Positions 14,974 to 22,950 of a DNA stretch of 24,000 nt are shown one piece after another (position 1 is the stretch's first letter; every line of letters starts with the position of its first letter). Where the stretch lies: sequence record MW084976.1; one strand, written 5' to 3'. The notes beneath the pieces were generated by a model that searched no databases, was not told the DNA's origin, and saw nothing but the letters and a program-made list of their open reading frames with translations. Both the position numbers and the translations under genes were made by a program. Source of the stretch: Bacillus phage Kirov.

Positions 14974-16927
14974 GCACATCTTCGATATATTTATGTAAAT
15001 TATTTTCGATATACTCTTTACGACCTTCTAAGTTATCGCCCAAGAATAATTCAAATGCTTTCATAGTCTCTTCAAAATCGTCTGGCTTGATTTGAATAAG
15101 CCTACGTGTCTCTGGGTTCATTGTAGTATCCCACATCATTTGAGCCGTATTCTCACCAAGACCTTTTGAGCGTTGGATTGTATAACTGCCTTTTAACGTA
15201 GAAACAATCTCATCCTTTTCTTTATCGCTATACGCAAACTGTGATACATCATTTTGTGTAATCTCATACAATGGAGATTCAGCAATATAGATATACCCTT
15301 CTTCAATAAGCGTAGGCATTAAACGATAAATCATTGTAAGAATAAGCGTTCTGATATGGAATCCATCTACGTCTGCATCTGTAGCGATGATTACTTTTGA
15401 CCAACGTAAGTTTTCAAGGTCAAACGTATTTAAATCTTTTGCGTGCTTAGACTTAACTTCTACGCCACATCCAAGAATCTTAATTAAATCTACGATAATA
15501 TCATTCTTGAAAATCTTATCGTAATCTGCTTTAAGACAGTTAAGAATCTTACCACGTAATGCATAGATAGCTTGGAATTTCGGATTACGACCCTGCTGTG
15601 TTGACCCAAGGGCAGATTTACCTTCCACTATGTAAAACTCTGTGATTGCCTTATCTTTAGACGTACAGCTTACGAATCCATCTACACGTGCAGTTAAGTT
15701 ATTAACCGTACCAGATAGTTTCTTCTTGAAGTCTAAACGTGTCTTTTCTGCTTTCTCACGACTACGCATATTAACAAGTACCTGTGTAAAGATAAGTTTT
15801 GCTTCATTTGGATTCTCAACAAAGTAGATTTCTAATTGCTCACGCAACCATTTTGTCACTTCTTGTTTCATAAAGTCAGAGCCAATCTTCTTTTTCGTTT
15901 GGTCTGTGAATAATGAAATAGTAGAGTATGTACTTGTTACAACAAGTAAGCTATCCGCAACATCGTCAAATGTTATCTTCTTCTCATTCTTATTGTATAA
16001 GTTCTGGTCTTTCAAGAATTTGTCAATTACATATGTAAATGAGTTTTTAATGAAATCCTCTGGCGTTCCACCATTCTCTAACCAAGAAGAGTTATGGTAG
16101 TAGCGATTAAATGATGTCTCACGATTGAAACTGAAATAGATATCAGCCTTAATCTTGTAATCTTTATCCGCTTCATTGTCTCGACCTTTCTGCTCTGTAG
16201 ACAAGTATTTTACATCTGTCAAGATATGGTCTTCATTCGACAATGATTTGATATAATCTACCACACCATTCTCATAATAAAACTCTTGCTCTGTATTTTC
16301 TTTTTCATTGATGAGAATGAATTTTAGACCACCATTTACAATTGCTTGGTCTTTAAGAGTAGCGATGATAAACTCATCATCAATCTCATCTTTACCACGA
16401 AAGCATTCAGCAGATGGTATCCATGTGATTTTCGTACCAACTTCAATGTTCTCTGTGTTCTTATAAGAGTTGAAGTTTTGCTCTACACCTTTTTCGTAAT
16501 CTACAACATAGTTCATATCTTTTCCATATGACCATGCCCAGAAGAAATCAGATGTATAGTTAGTACCTGTTGCACCAACACCGTTAGTACCTAATGAATA
16601 CTCATAGTTACCACCGTCATCATCATTATTCTTGTACTTACCTCCTGCCCACAATTCGTCAAAGACTTTCTTGTAAGCCCATTCGCCTTTTTCATTCTTA
16701 CCCATCGGTACGCCACGACCAAAATCTCGGATAGAGACTGCATCGTTCTTCTGTTTCGTTACGATAATCTTATCTCCAAAACCTGCCTTGGCTTCATCAA
16801 TGGAGTTCCCTAGAATCTCTAGGAAGGTGTGATTGTGACTCTCTAAACCGATTGAAGCAGGTTTAGCTCTCACACCTCCTAATATTCCTAAAGATTCAAT
16901 TGCATTCTCGTTGTATTGTTTTGCCAT
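14966..16927 (-). CDS. Type II DNA topoisomerase subunit B (GyrB/ParE-like)
   Basis: GHKL motifs (EILGNSIDEA, RDFGRGVP, GTNGVGATGTN), TOPRIM EGKSALGSTQQGR, ATDADVDGFHI, QRSKGLGENTAQMMWDTTM. Confidence 0.96.
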   Translation of the reverse strand: MAKQYNENAIESLGILGGVRAKPASIGLESHNHTFLEILGNSIDEAKAGFGDKIIVTKQKNDAVSIRDFGRGVPMGKNEKGEWAYKKVFDELWAGGKYKNNDDDGGNYEYSLGTNGVGATGTNYTSDFFWAWSYGKDMNYVVDYEKGVEQNFNSYKNTENIEVGTKITWIPSAECFRGKDEIDDEFIIATLKDQAIVNGGLKFILINEKENTEQEFYYENGVVDYIKSLSNEDHILTDVKYLSTEQKGRDNEADKDYKIKADIYFSFNRETSFNRYYHNSSWLENGGTPEDFIKNSFTYVIDKFLKDQNLYNKNEKKITFDDVADSLLVVTSTYSTISLFTDQTKKKIGSDFMKQEVTKWLREQLEIYFVENPNEAKLIFTQVLVNMRSREKAEKTRLDFKKKLSGTVNNLTARVDGFVSCTSKDKAITEFYIVEGKSALGSTQQGRNPKFQAIYALRGKILNCLKADYDKIFKNDIIVDLIKILGCGVEVKSKHAKDLNTFDLENLRWSKVIIATDADVDGFHIRTLILTMIYRLMPTLIEEGYIYIAESPLYEITQNDVSQFAYSDKEKDEIVSTLKGSYTIQRSKGLGENTAQMMWDTTMNPETRRLIQIKPDDFEETMKAFELFLGDNLEGRKEYIENNLHKYIEDVLD

Positions 16928-16956
16928 GTAACCATCCTTCCAAACTTGATGTACCT

Positions 16957-16985
16957 AGTATATCATTAACTTTTGCTTCTGTCAA
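16957..16985 (-). promoter_or_regulatory. Promoter TTGACA-GAAGCAAAAGTTAATGA-TATACT
   Basis: Same family; upstream of the topoisomerase B subunit. Confidence 0.85.
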
Positions 16986-16986
16986 C

Positions 16987-17748
16987 CTATGATACTAATT
17001 TATTTTTAACTAATTGCATGATTAGGTTGTCGATATGTAGTTTAAGCTCTTCATTTGGTTTCTGTGAGCGATACTTATCTTTTAGATGTACAAATTGTGC
17101 ATCATGGATATGATAAGCAAGACGTTCAAAGTTCTCCTGTGTCCAGAATCCAAATTTGAAATCGTGCATGAAGAAAATTTCTTCACCTTCATATCGTAAC
17201 GCTTTCTCTGGATTTTTAAATCCTAATGCTTCATACTTGATAGCAAAGTCCAGTAGACGGTAAGCGTGCTGTGCTTGTTTCGTATCGTATCCAAATAGGT
17301 CTACTAACACTTGCGTACCTTCTGTGCCTTTAGGTAACAGCTTCATCTTCTGTTTAAATGTGCCACCAAGAGCATCAAATAGTTTTGGAAGGTTCATATT
17401 AAAGATGTCGTAACGTAAATCATAAAGCTCTTTTAATTCTTTGCTGTCTTCAAGATACAGCTCTTTAGAGATTAAAGGCTCTAAGTAATTCAAGTTAGCC
17501 TTCCAGAACAAGTCTGGGAGCTTACGGATGTCATGCACATCATAATCCGCATCTGTACCGATGATGCTTTCTGCAAACATTTTCTGTTTATACAACTCTT
17601 CAAACGTAGGTGTTACGAATGCTTTATAATCCTTGTCAGATGCCAAGATGACCTTGCCACTAAGGACTCTCTCTGGTGTTGCTAGATTATAATTGTTTGA
17701 CCCTACTAACGCTTGTACTAATACTTCTCTTCCTAAAACTGTTTTCAT
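16987..17748 (-). CDS. DNA polymerase beta-superfamily nucleotidyltransferase-like protein (start refined from 17757)
   Basis: VQALVGSNNYNLATPE...SDKDYKAFVTPTFEELY resembles the GS-x-YGL-x-T-x-SD-x-D family signature; ATG 17748 has AAAGGA at normal spacing. Confidence 0.75.
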   Translation of the reverse strand: MKTVLGREVLVQALVGSNNYNLATPERVLSGKVILASDKDYKAFVTPTFEELYKQKMFAESIIGTDADYDVHDIRKLPDLFWKANLNYLEPLISKELYLEDSKELKELYDLRYDIFNMNLPKLFDALGGTFKQKMKLLPKGTEGTQVLVDLFGYDTKQAQHAYRLLDFAIKYEALGFKNPEKALRYEGEEIFFMHDFKFGFWTQENFERLAYHIHDAQFVHLKDKYRSQKPNEELKLHIDNLIMQLVKNKLVS

Positions 17749-17777
17749 ATGTATCATCCTTTCTTTATTACTCTCTG

Positions 17778-17806
17778 ATTATATCATTACTATTATCTAT
17801 TGTCAA
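17778..17806 (-). promoter_or_regulatory. Promoter TTGACA-ATAGATAATAGTAATGA-TATAAT
   Basis: Same family; upstream of the nucleotidyltransferase-like gene. Confidence 0.87.
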
Positions 17807-17827
17807 CAGACTATTTATTAAAAGTTA

Positions 17828-17849
17828 AGGAACGACTTTCGTCATTCCT
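17828..17849 (-). terminator. Putative terminator hairpin with GAAA tetraloop
   Basis: Minus strand AGGAATGAC-GAAA-GTCGTTCCT followed by TAACTTTTAATAAAT, directly before the next promoter. Confidence 0.55.
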
Positions 17850-17877
17850 CCCCTCCAATTGTATCTCCATCCATTAG

Positions 17878-18372
17878 TTACACGTACTTTCTTAATAGTT
17901 CTGTGATTTTGTCTAGATGTATTTTCTTATAAGGGCTATCAGCTTTCCATCCTTGACCAGACTTCATAATCCAGTTCGCTTTAATAGGATGCCAACGCAC
18001 CCATTTTTCAAATGTTACATATGTACTTTCTGAATCTAAACCTGTATGCTCTGCTAACTTCATAATCTGTTCATCCGTCACAGACTCATCAAACATTACG
18101 CTAAATGACTCACTATCTTTATGACCATAACAGCAAAACTTTGTTTTTAATCCTATTTCAAAATTAATCACATCTAGCATCTCAATCATTTCTGGGTCAA
18201 TGTCATCATATGGGATTCCATGAGCGTTGAAACGATGTCTCAACGCTTTTTCAATTGTGCTTTCTTTCATTTCATGGAAGCACCCATGACAAAGATTAGC
18301 CTTATGTGCATTACTTCCCTGTGTTACATGTTCATATTCTTGACAATTATCGCAACCGATTTTAACTTTCAT
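17878..18372 (-). CDS. Hypothetical protein with N-terminal zinc-finger-like CxxC...CxxC
   Basis: CDNC-x17-CHGC followed by a conserved-looking CCYGH segment. Confidence 0.75.
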   Translation of the reverse strand: MKVKIGCDNCQEYEHVTQGSNAHKANLCHGCFHEMKESTIEKALRHRFNAHGIPYDDIDPEMIEMLDVINFEIGLKTKFCCYGHKDSESFSVMFDESVTDEQIMKLAEHTGLDSESTYVTFEKWVRWHPIKANWIMKSGQGWKADSPYKKIHLDKITELLRKYV

Positions 18373-18980
18373 TATGCAGTTTCCTCCTGTTTACGTAGTT
18401 CTTCTCGTACTTCCATTAAGACTTGACCTAGTAGGTTCATACCTTTCCATTTCTTAGGGTCTTCTACGTCTGGATGGTCTTTGTGCATACCGATTCCCCA
18501 GATTCTATCAGAAGGACTTGCTTCTACAAGCATCTTATGACCAGTTGAAAGAATGCATTTCTTCAAGAATGGCACAGAGAATTTATCCATCAATACTTCT
18601 TTATAAATCCTCTTACGATTCTTTTGCCACACATCTTCCTTGAATGGTATTTCATTGCTACGACCTAAAAGCTTACAGTAACTTGGCGTATCAGCTTCTA
18701 GAATCTCCTGTGCAACTTTTGTCGCACCGAATAACATAGCCTTACGATACATTACCGCTTGCTCTGACCACATAAATTGGATTCCTTGATGCTTGAAAGG
18801 TGAGAAGTTAAAGTTTGAATAAACACTGTCTCCCATCCAGAAGAAGATAAACTTGTCAGTTTCTCTTGTATTCTCACCAAGACCTCTTCTTACTCTATCA
18901 ATCTTTGCATCTGTCTTGCGTTTTTGTTCTAGGAATCTTTCTTCGTCTGCTCTTGTTAACTTAGGCTTCTTTCGTTCCAT
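18372..18980 (-). CDS. NADAR-family (YbiA-like) protein
   Basis: FFWMGDSVYSNFNFSPF, MWSEQAVMYRKAMLFG, LGRSNEIPF, KFSVPFLKKCILSTGHKMLVEASPSDRIWGIG. Confidence 0.93.
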   Translation of the reverse strand: MERKKPKLTRADEERFLEQKRKTDAKIDRVRRGLGENTRETDKFIFFWMGDSVYSNFNFSPFKHQGIQFMWSEQAVMYRKAMLFGATKVAQEILEADTPSYCKLLGRSNEIPFKEDVWQKNRKRIYKEVLMDKFSVPFLKKCILSTGHKMLVEASPSDRIWGIGMHKDHPDVEDPKKWKGMNLLGQVLMEVREELRKQEETA

Positions 18981-18984
18981 ATTG

Positions 18985-19440
18985 TCACTCTCCTAGTGTT
19001 AATAGTCTAGTAATATCCTTTGGTTGATGACCGTCATAAGGCGGTGCAAATTCTAATTCTTTCACCTTGAATAAATCATAATATTCTTTATTGTAATGGT
19101 ATGTATATTGACCTTCTGGTGTCTCTACACCAACGATAAATGAGTGGTCAAACATCGTTCCATCATCATGCTTCCAAGACTTCCATGCTTTATCTTTGTA
19201 TACGTCACAGATTACTTTAAATAGAATCATACGATGGTAATATAATTCGTTGAAAGTGTGATAGCCATCGCTAAATTCTCCAACCTTTGTTAAGTAATCA
19301 ACGTTCACTTCTCCATCATAATTTTCCAATTCTACGCAAGCATTGCCACGCAAAGTAAATTCCTCTTCGGATTTCACTCTATATAGTGTTGGCACTTGCA
19401 GATTAAACATAACTCGGTTGCCTTTTCTAAGATTACTCAT
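18985..19440 (-). CDS. Conserved-looking phage hypothetical protein (start refined from 19458)
   Basis: FSDGYHTFNELYYHRMILF...KAWKSWKHDDGTMFDHSFIVG...TYHYNKEYYDLF...DGHQPKDITRLL; GGAGGAAGACA precedes ATG 19440. Confidence 0.8.
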   Translation of the reverse strand: MSNLRKGNRVMFNLQVPTLYRVKSEEEFTLRGNACVELENYDGEVNVDYLTKVGEFSDGYHTFNELYYHRMILFKVICDVYKDKAWKSWKHDDGTMFDHSFIVGVETPEGQYTYHYNKEYYDLFKVKELEFAPPYDGHQPKDITRLLTLGE

Positions 19441-20047
19441 TGTCTTCCTCCGCTTCAAATCCGTCTACTTTAAACTCAACCATAACCATCTCATGGCATT
19501 CAACATTGGATTCTGTCATCTCTGGAAACTCTCCTTCTACCAAGCTGATAATCTCTTGGAAGCAACCTCTTGTATCATCTACAACTTCGTAAGCTTCAAC
19601 TGTTACATAGATAACCCAATCCTCATCGCAATATCCAACGCTAGGCGTATAATCAAGGTCTTGACTATCTAAAAATTCTTCTACTCTATCTGCCAATGCA
19701 TCAAATTCTTCTAGCTTATTTTTAACTGTGTCGTCAAAGATTTCAACATCAAACACCTTACCATTTTCATCTATGTACTCAATTGTTAGCTCTGTTAACG
19801 TATGACAGTTTCCATCCCAACCATTGTAAGGGATTTCTAAATCCATAGGATTAGGATAGTTTTCTAATTCATGACTACCACCATAGTTCACTTGAAGATT
19901 CACTAATTCTCGAATATGTTTTTCAAATTCTGATTTACCAAAATGCATTGTGCTATACATGTAGTCTGCATCATTTGAATCTGCCTTAATTCTTACAATA
20001 AATGTATCTCTCATATATGAAATTTTCTCTGATAATTTGTATCCCAT
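19433..20047 (-). CDS. Hypothetical protein
   Basis: 204-aa ORF with GGAGAGA RBS. Confidence 0.8.
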   Translation of the reverse strand: MGYKLSEKISYMRDTFIVRIKADSNDADYMYSTMHFGKSEFEKHIRELVNLQVNYGGSHELENYPNPMDLEIPYNGWDGNCHTLTELTIEYIDENGKVFDVEIFDDTVKNKLEEFDALADRVEEFLDSQDLDYTPSVGYCDEDWVIYVTVEAYEVVDDTRGCFQEIISLVEGEFPEMTESNVECHEMVMVEFKVDGFEAEEDNE

Positions 20048-20072
20048 TAAAAATCTCTCCCTTTTGTTAGTT

Positions 20073-20276
20073 TTATTTTTCTACTGTAATTTGTGTCCAA
20101 CGTCCTTCTTTAATGTTTTCAAATGCTTGACCGATTGAATATACGACTGCTTGTGGGCTACCATGTCTATTCCACATAACAATATAGATAGGCTCATCCT
20201 TGTAAAGAGACATTTCAGCAGTGTACAAAGTCTCTTCCTGCATCCATTTAAAAGTAAATCTATGTAATTCTTCCAT
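20073..20276 (-). CDS. Hypothetical protein
   Basis: 67-aa ORF with AAAGGAGCGG RBS. Confidence 0.7.
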   Translation of the reverse strand: MEELHRFTFKWMQEETLYTAEMSLYKDEPIYIVMWNRHGSPQAVVYSIGQAFENIKEGRWTQITVEK

Positions 20277-20307
20277 TAAAACCGCTCCTTTTTGGTTGAT
20301 AAAAACA

Positions 20308-20556
20308 TCATTTTATTGAGCTTTCTACGCCCTCTACGACTGGCTCATCGTCTTTTACCTCTACGATGATGGCAACCATCTTGCGATAGCCCTCACTAGC
20401 CTTATGTGTTGTACTCTTTTCATTTTGTCCAACGTATCTTCGCATAGTTTTGCCGTCTGACCAGACAGAAACAACATTTACGATGTTTAACATCTGGTCA
20501 ATTCCTTCTTCACCAATGACACCTTGTACGAATTTTACATCAGCTTTCTTACTCAT
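20308..20556 (-). CDS. Hypothetical protein
   Basis: 82-aa ORF overlapping its neighbour by 4 bp; GGAAGAAT upstream. Confidence 0.7.
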   Translation of the reverse strand: MSKKADVKFVQGVIGEEGIDQMLNIVNVVSVWSDGKTMRRYVGQNEKSTTHKASEGYRKMVAIIVEVKDDEPVVEGVESSIK

Positions 20557-20738
20557 TCTTCCACCTCTGCATCCAATCCATCTGAAATCAAGAAGTCAGC
20601 TAGGATTTCAAAATCGCCACTCGCAACTACCATATCCCATGCAAGACCTTCGTAGCCGTAATCGTCCTGCAACACTCTGACAGCATCATCAAATCTAGTA
20701 AACTCATACTCACCAAAGTTAACAACTAACATATCCAT
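20553..20738 (-). CDS. Hypothetical acidic small protein
   Basis: 61-aa ORF, 4-bp overlap, AAGGAGAG upstream. Confidence 0.65.
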   Translation of the reverse strand: MDMLVVNFGEYEFTRFDDAVRVLQDDYGYEGLAWDMVVASGDFEILADFLISDGLDAEVEE

Positions 20739-20741
20739 ACC

Positions 20742-21101
20742 CTACTCTCCTTTGTATGTATCTAGAATATCTTGAATATTATGTAAGACACGCTCAACTT
20801 CTGCAATACGTCCATAGATTGAGCCACCACTTGATGTGACATCGAATTTAAATTCTGATACGTCAGTAACAGGCTCAACTGGCGACCTATGCAAAACTAG
20901 CGTACCTTTCTTCAATACCTCTCCACGTGATTCATAATCCTCTTTTAACTCTCTTAAACCAGTACAACCTCTAACTACCTTCGTCTTTGAGTTTGGCACA
21001 TCGCAATATCTACCAGTGTGTTTGTACTTGTATACATTAACAAGTACGCCTTCTTTTACTCGCCAAACATCTGCAATTGCATGTGATTTAATTTTTTCCA
21101 T
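20742..21101 (-). CDS. Hypothetical protein
   Basis: 119-aa ORF overlapping the upstream gene by 14 bp; GGAG upstream. Confidence 0.75.
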   Translation of the reverse strand: MEKIKSHAIADVWRVKEGVLVNVYKYKHTGRYCDVPNSKTKVVRGCTGLRELKEDYESRGEVLKKGTLVLHRSPVEPVTDVSEFKFDVTSSGGSIYGRIAEVERVLHNIQDILDTYKGE

Positions 21102-21327
21102 CTACTAATCTCCATTCATCAGATTTTAGATTTTCTACTCGGATAAACATTGGGTCACCATTATTCATAAACTCAATTATCATCAGCTTTCCTTGAAGAT
21201 ATTCTGGGCACTCACCAATGAATGTTGACTCTGCACTTACGACTTCATATTGACCACCGTAAGCGAATGAATCCCCTATGTACTCAATGAAACTTCCTTC
21301 TTTTACTTTCGTGAAGTCTATTGTCAT
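21088..21327 (-). CDS. Hypothetical protein
   Basis: 79-aa ORF immediately downstream of promoter 21348..21376 and GTGGAGGAA RBS. Confidence 0.8.
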   Translation of the reverse strand: MTIDFTKVKEGSFIEYIGDSFAYGGQYEVVSAESTFIGECPEYLQGKLMIIEFMNNGDPMFIRVENLKSDEWRLVDGKN

Positions 21328-21347
21328 ATTATTTCCTCCACATTCAT

Positions 21348-21376
21348 ATTATATAATTATCTTTTGTTTCTGTCAA
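21348..21376 (-). promoter_or_regulatory. Promoter TTGACA-GAAACAAAAGATAATTA-TATAAT
   Basis: Consensus hexamers, 17-bp spacer; upstream of the 21088..17878 gene run. Confidence 0.88.
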
Positions 21377-21380
21377 CAGC

Positions 21381-21545
21381 TTATTTCATTTTATCTGCTT
21401 TTCTTAATTCTGCAAGACTTTGCAAGGCTATAGATTTCGCCTTCATAAGTTCTGCATCCACTTCTTTATGATAATCCGTAATTCTACTATCAATGTCTTT
21501 AATATGGCTTAGTATCATGCTTTCAATTGTGTCAGTTGATTTCAT
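21381..21545 (-). CDS. Small helical hypothetical protein (54 aa, not in supplied track)
   Basis: MKSTDTIESMILSHIKDIDSRITDYHKEVDAELMKAKSIALQSLAELRKADKMK; AAAGGAGAG RBS; fills the gap exactly. Confidence 0.75.
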   Translation of the reverse strand: MKSTDTIESMILSHIKDIDSRITDYHKEVDAELMKAKSIALQSLAELRKADKMK

Positions 21546-21557
21546 ATTATCTCTCCT

Positions 21558-21809
21558 TTATAGTCCATGTTTTTGCACTTTTTCACATACCGTCCAAGTT
21601 AAGTGATGAGAAGTGTGACCCAATAATTTAGTAGCTCTCTTTAAAGAATCTTCAAACTCTTTCGCTTCTTCTTTATCAGCAAAGAATTGTGCAGTCTCTT
21701 TGTAATCGCTACTAAACTCTCCATGCCTTACGTTCCATCTGACAACCCATGTTTCCAAACCTGTTTCTAATGTTTTATGACCTTTTTTGAAAATATTTAT
21801 GTTAAACAT
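21558..21809 (-). CDS. Hypothetical protein
   Basis: 83-aa ORF with AGGAGATG RBS. Confidence 0.75.
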   Translation of the reverse strand: MFNINIFKKGHKTLETGLETWVVRWNVRHGEFSSDYKETAQFFADKEEAKEFEDSLKRATKLLGHTSHHLTWTVCEKVQKHGL

Positions 21810-21827
21810 GTCATCATCTCCTATTTT

Positions 21828-21986
21828 TTAATAAAAATCTCTCCAACTCATACCAAATGTTATATAACCACAACTCACACCGCAAAATCCATATCGCATA
21901 GCATATGCATCTCTTGCATCCATTTGTTTGCCACATCCTGTACAAAACTCACACACCTTAGTAAATCTCCAACGCTGTTTCTTCAT
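21828..21986 (-). CDS. Cysteine-rich small protein, possible zinc-binding (52 aa, not in supplied track)
   Basis: MKKQRWRFTKVCEFCTGCGKQMDARDAYAMRYGFCGVSCGYITFGMSWRDFY; RBS AGGATG. Confidence 0.7.
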   Translation of the reverse strand: MKKQRWRFTKVCEFCTGCGKQMDARDAYAMRYGFCGVSCGYITFGMSWRDFY

Positions 21987-21999
21987 TCTATCATCCTAT

Positions 22000-22179
22000 C
22001 TATTCATGAATAATAAACAATACGTCACCTGCAACATTTTGACTCCATGAGAAGATAAACCCTTCTTCTTCAAGATGTGCATCCATCGTATTTAAAAGAT
22101 GGTTATCTTTCTCTGGAATAATCACCTTTTTATTTTCTAATAAAACCTCTAAATATTGTTTAAATTCTTCACTATACAT
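22000..22179 (-). CDS. Small hypothetical protein (59 aa, not in supplied track)
   Basis: MYSEEFKQYLEVLLENKKVIIPEKDNHLLNTMDAHLEEEGFIFSWSQNVAGDVLFIIHE; RBS AAGGAGG. Confidence 0.75.
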   Translation of the reverse strand: MYSEEFKQYLEVLLENKKVIIPEKDNHLLNTMDAHLEEEGFIFSWSQNVAGDVLFIIHE

Positions 22180-22207
22180 AACAATTCCTCCTTATAAAAT
22201 TATCCTT

Positions 22208-22387
22208 TTATTCATCAATACAATCATTAATATCACAAGGCATATCAGATAGTACATCCATTACCTTTTCATGATACTCTTCCACTTTTCTCAACCTTTT
22301 CACTTCGTTGATGAGCCATTCAATATGATATGTTTCTAATTCCCATGATTTTTCTTTTTCAATAATTTCCTCCAACATATCTCCCAT
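22208..22387 (-). CDS. Small hypothetical protein (59 aa, not in supplied track)
   Basis: MGDMLEEIIEKEKSWELETYHIEWLINEVKRLRKVEEYHEKVMDVLSDMPCDINDCIDE; RBS AGGTGAT. Confidence 0.7.
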   Translation of the reverse strand: MGDMLEEIIEKEKSWELETYHIEWLINEVKRLRKVEEYHEKVMDVLSDMPCDINDCIDE

Positions 22388-22412
22388 TCTATCACCTCAT
22401 AAAAGTATCATT

Positions 22413-22949
22413 TTATATTATTATATTTAGAGACTTCAATACATCTATCTCTGAATCTGTTATACCTTCTTTTATCAGCGACCATCCAATAAGCGTTACA
22501 CCATAGTACGCATCGTCAATGTCTGCATCCTCATCATACATGTCTCCATGCAATCTAATCATTTGCTCCTTAAATGTTTCCGTTCCTATAACATTGTAAT
22601 CATCATCATAAACATCATACTCTACTTCTTCTTTGTCTGCCCAACAGTTCCATAGTGTTTTATCTTGCGGAAGCTTTGGCTCTGATTTAATCCACTCATA
22701 AACACCCTCATCATCACTAGCTACTATGTATCCATAAATACCCTCTTCACTACCCTTTGGAGCGTAGTGAATGAAGTTAACGCTGTATAAATTCATCTTT
22801 GGTTTAAGATGCTTAGATTTTGATAACTTCTCACCTGCGGTTAGTTTAGCCAAAACCTCATCGTCATGACTATTATCTTTCGCATCGTAACCTAATTGCA
22901 CTCTAACATCCTCTACTAAAAAATCTGCATATCCATCAATGTGTGGCAT
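22413..22949 (-). CDS. Hypothetical protein
   Basis: 178-aa ORF; AAGGAGGA RBS upstream. Confidence 0.8.
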   Translation of the reverse strand: MPHIDGYADFLVEDVRVQLGYDAKDNSHDDEVLAKLTAGEKLSKSKHLKPKMNLYSVNFIHYAPKGSEEGIYGYIVASDDEGVYEWIKSEPKLPQDKTLWNCWADKEEVEYDVYDDDYNVIGTETFKEQMIRLHGDMYDEDADIDDAYYGVTLIGWSLIKEGITDSEIDVLKSLNIII

Positions 22950-22950
22950 A

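Noticed and set aside
22400-22445. Candidate promoter TTGAAG-N16-TATAAA near the end of 22413..22949
   Set aside because: Weak hexamers, wrong spacing for the family, and a very AT-rich context makes chance matches likely.
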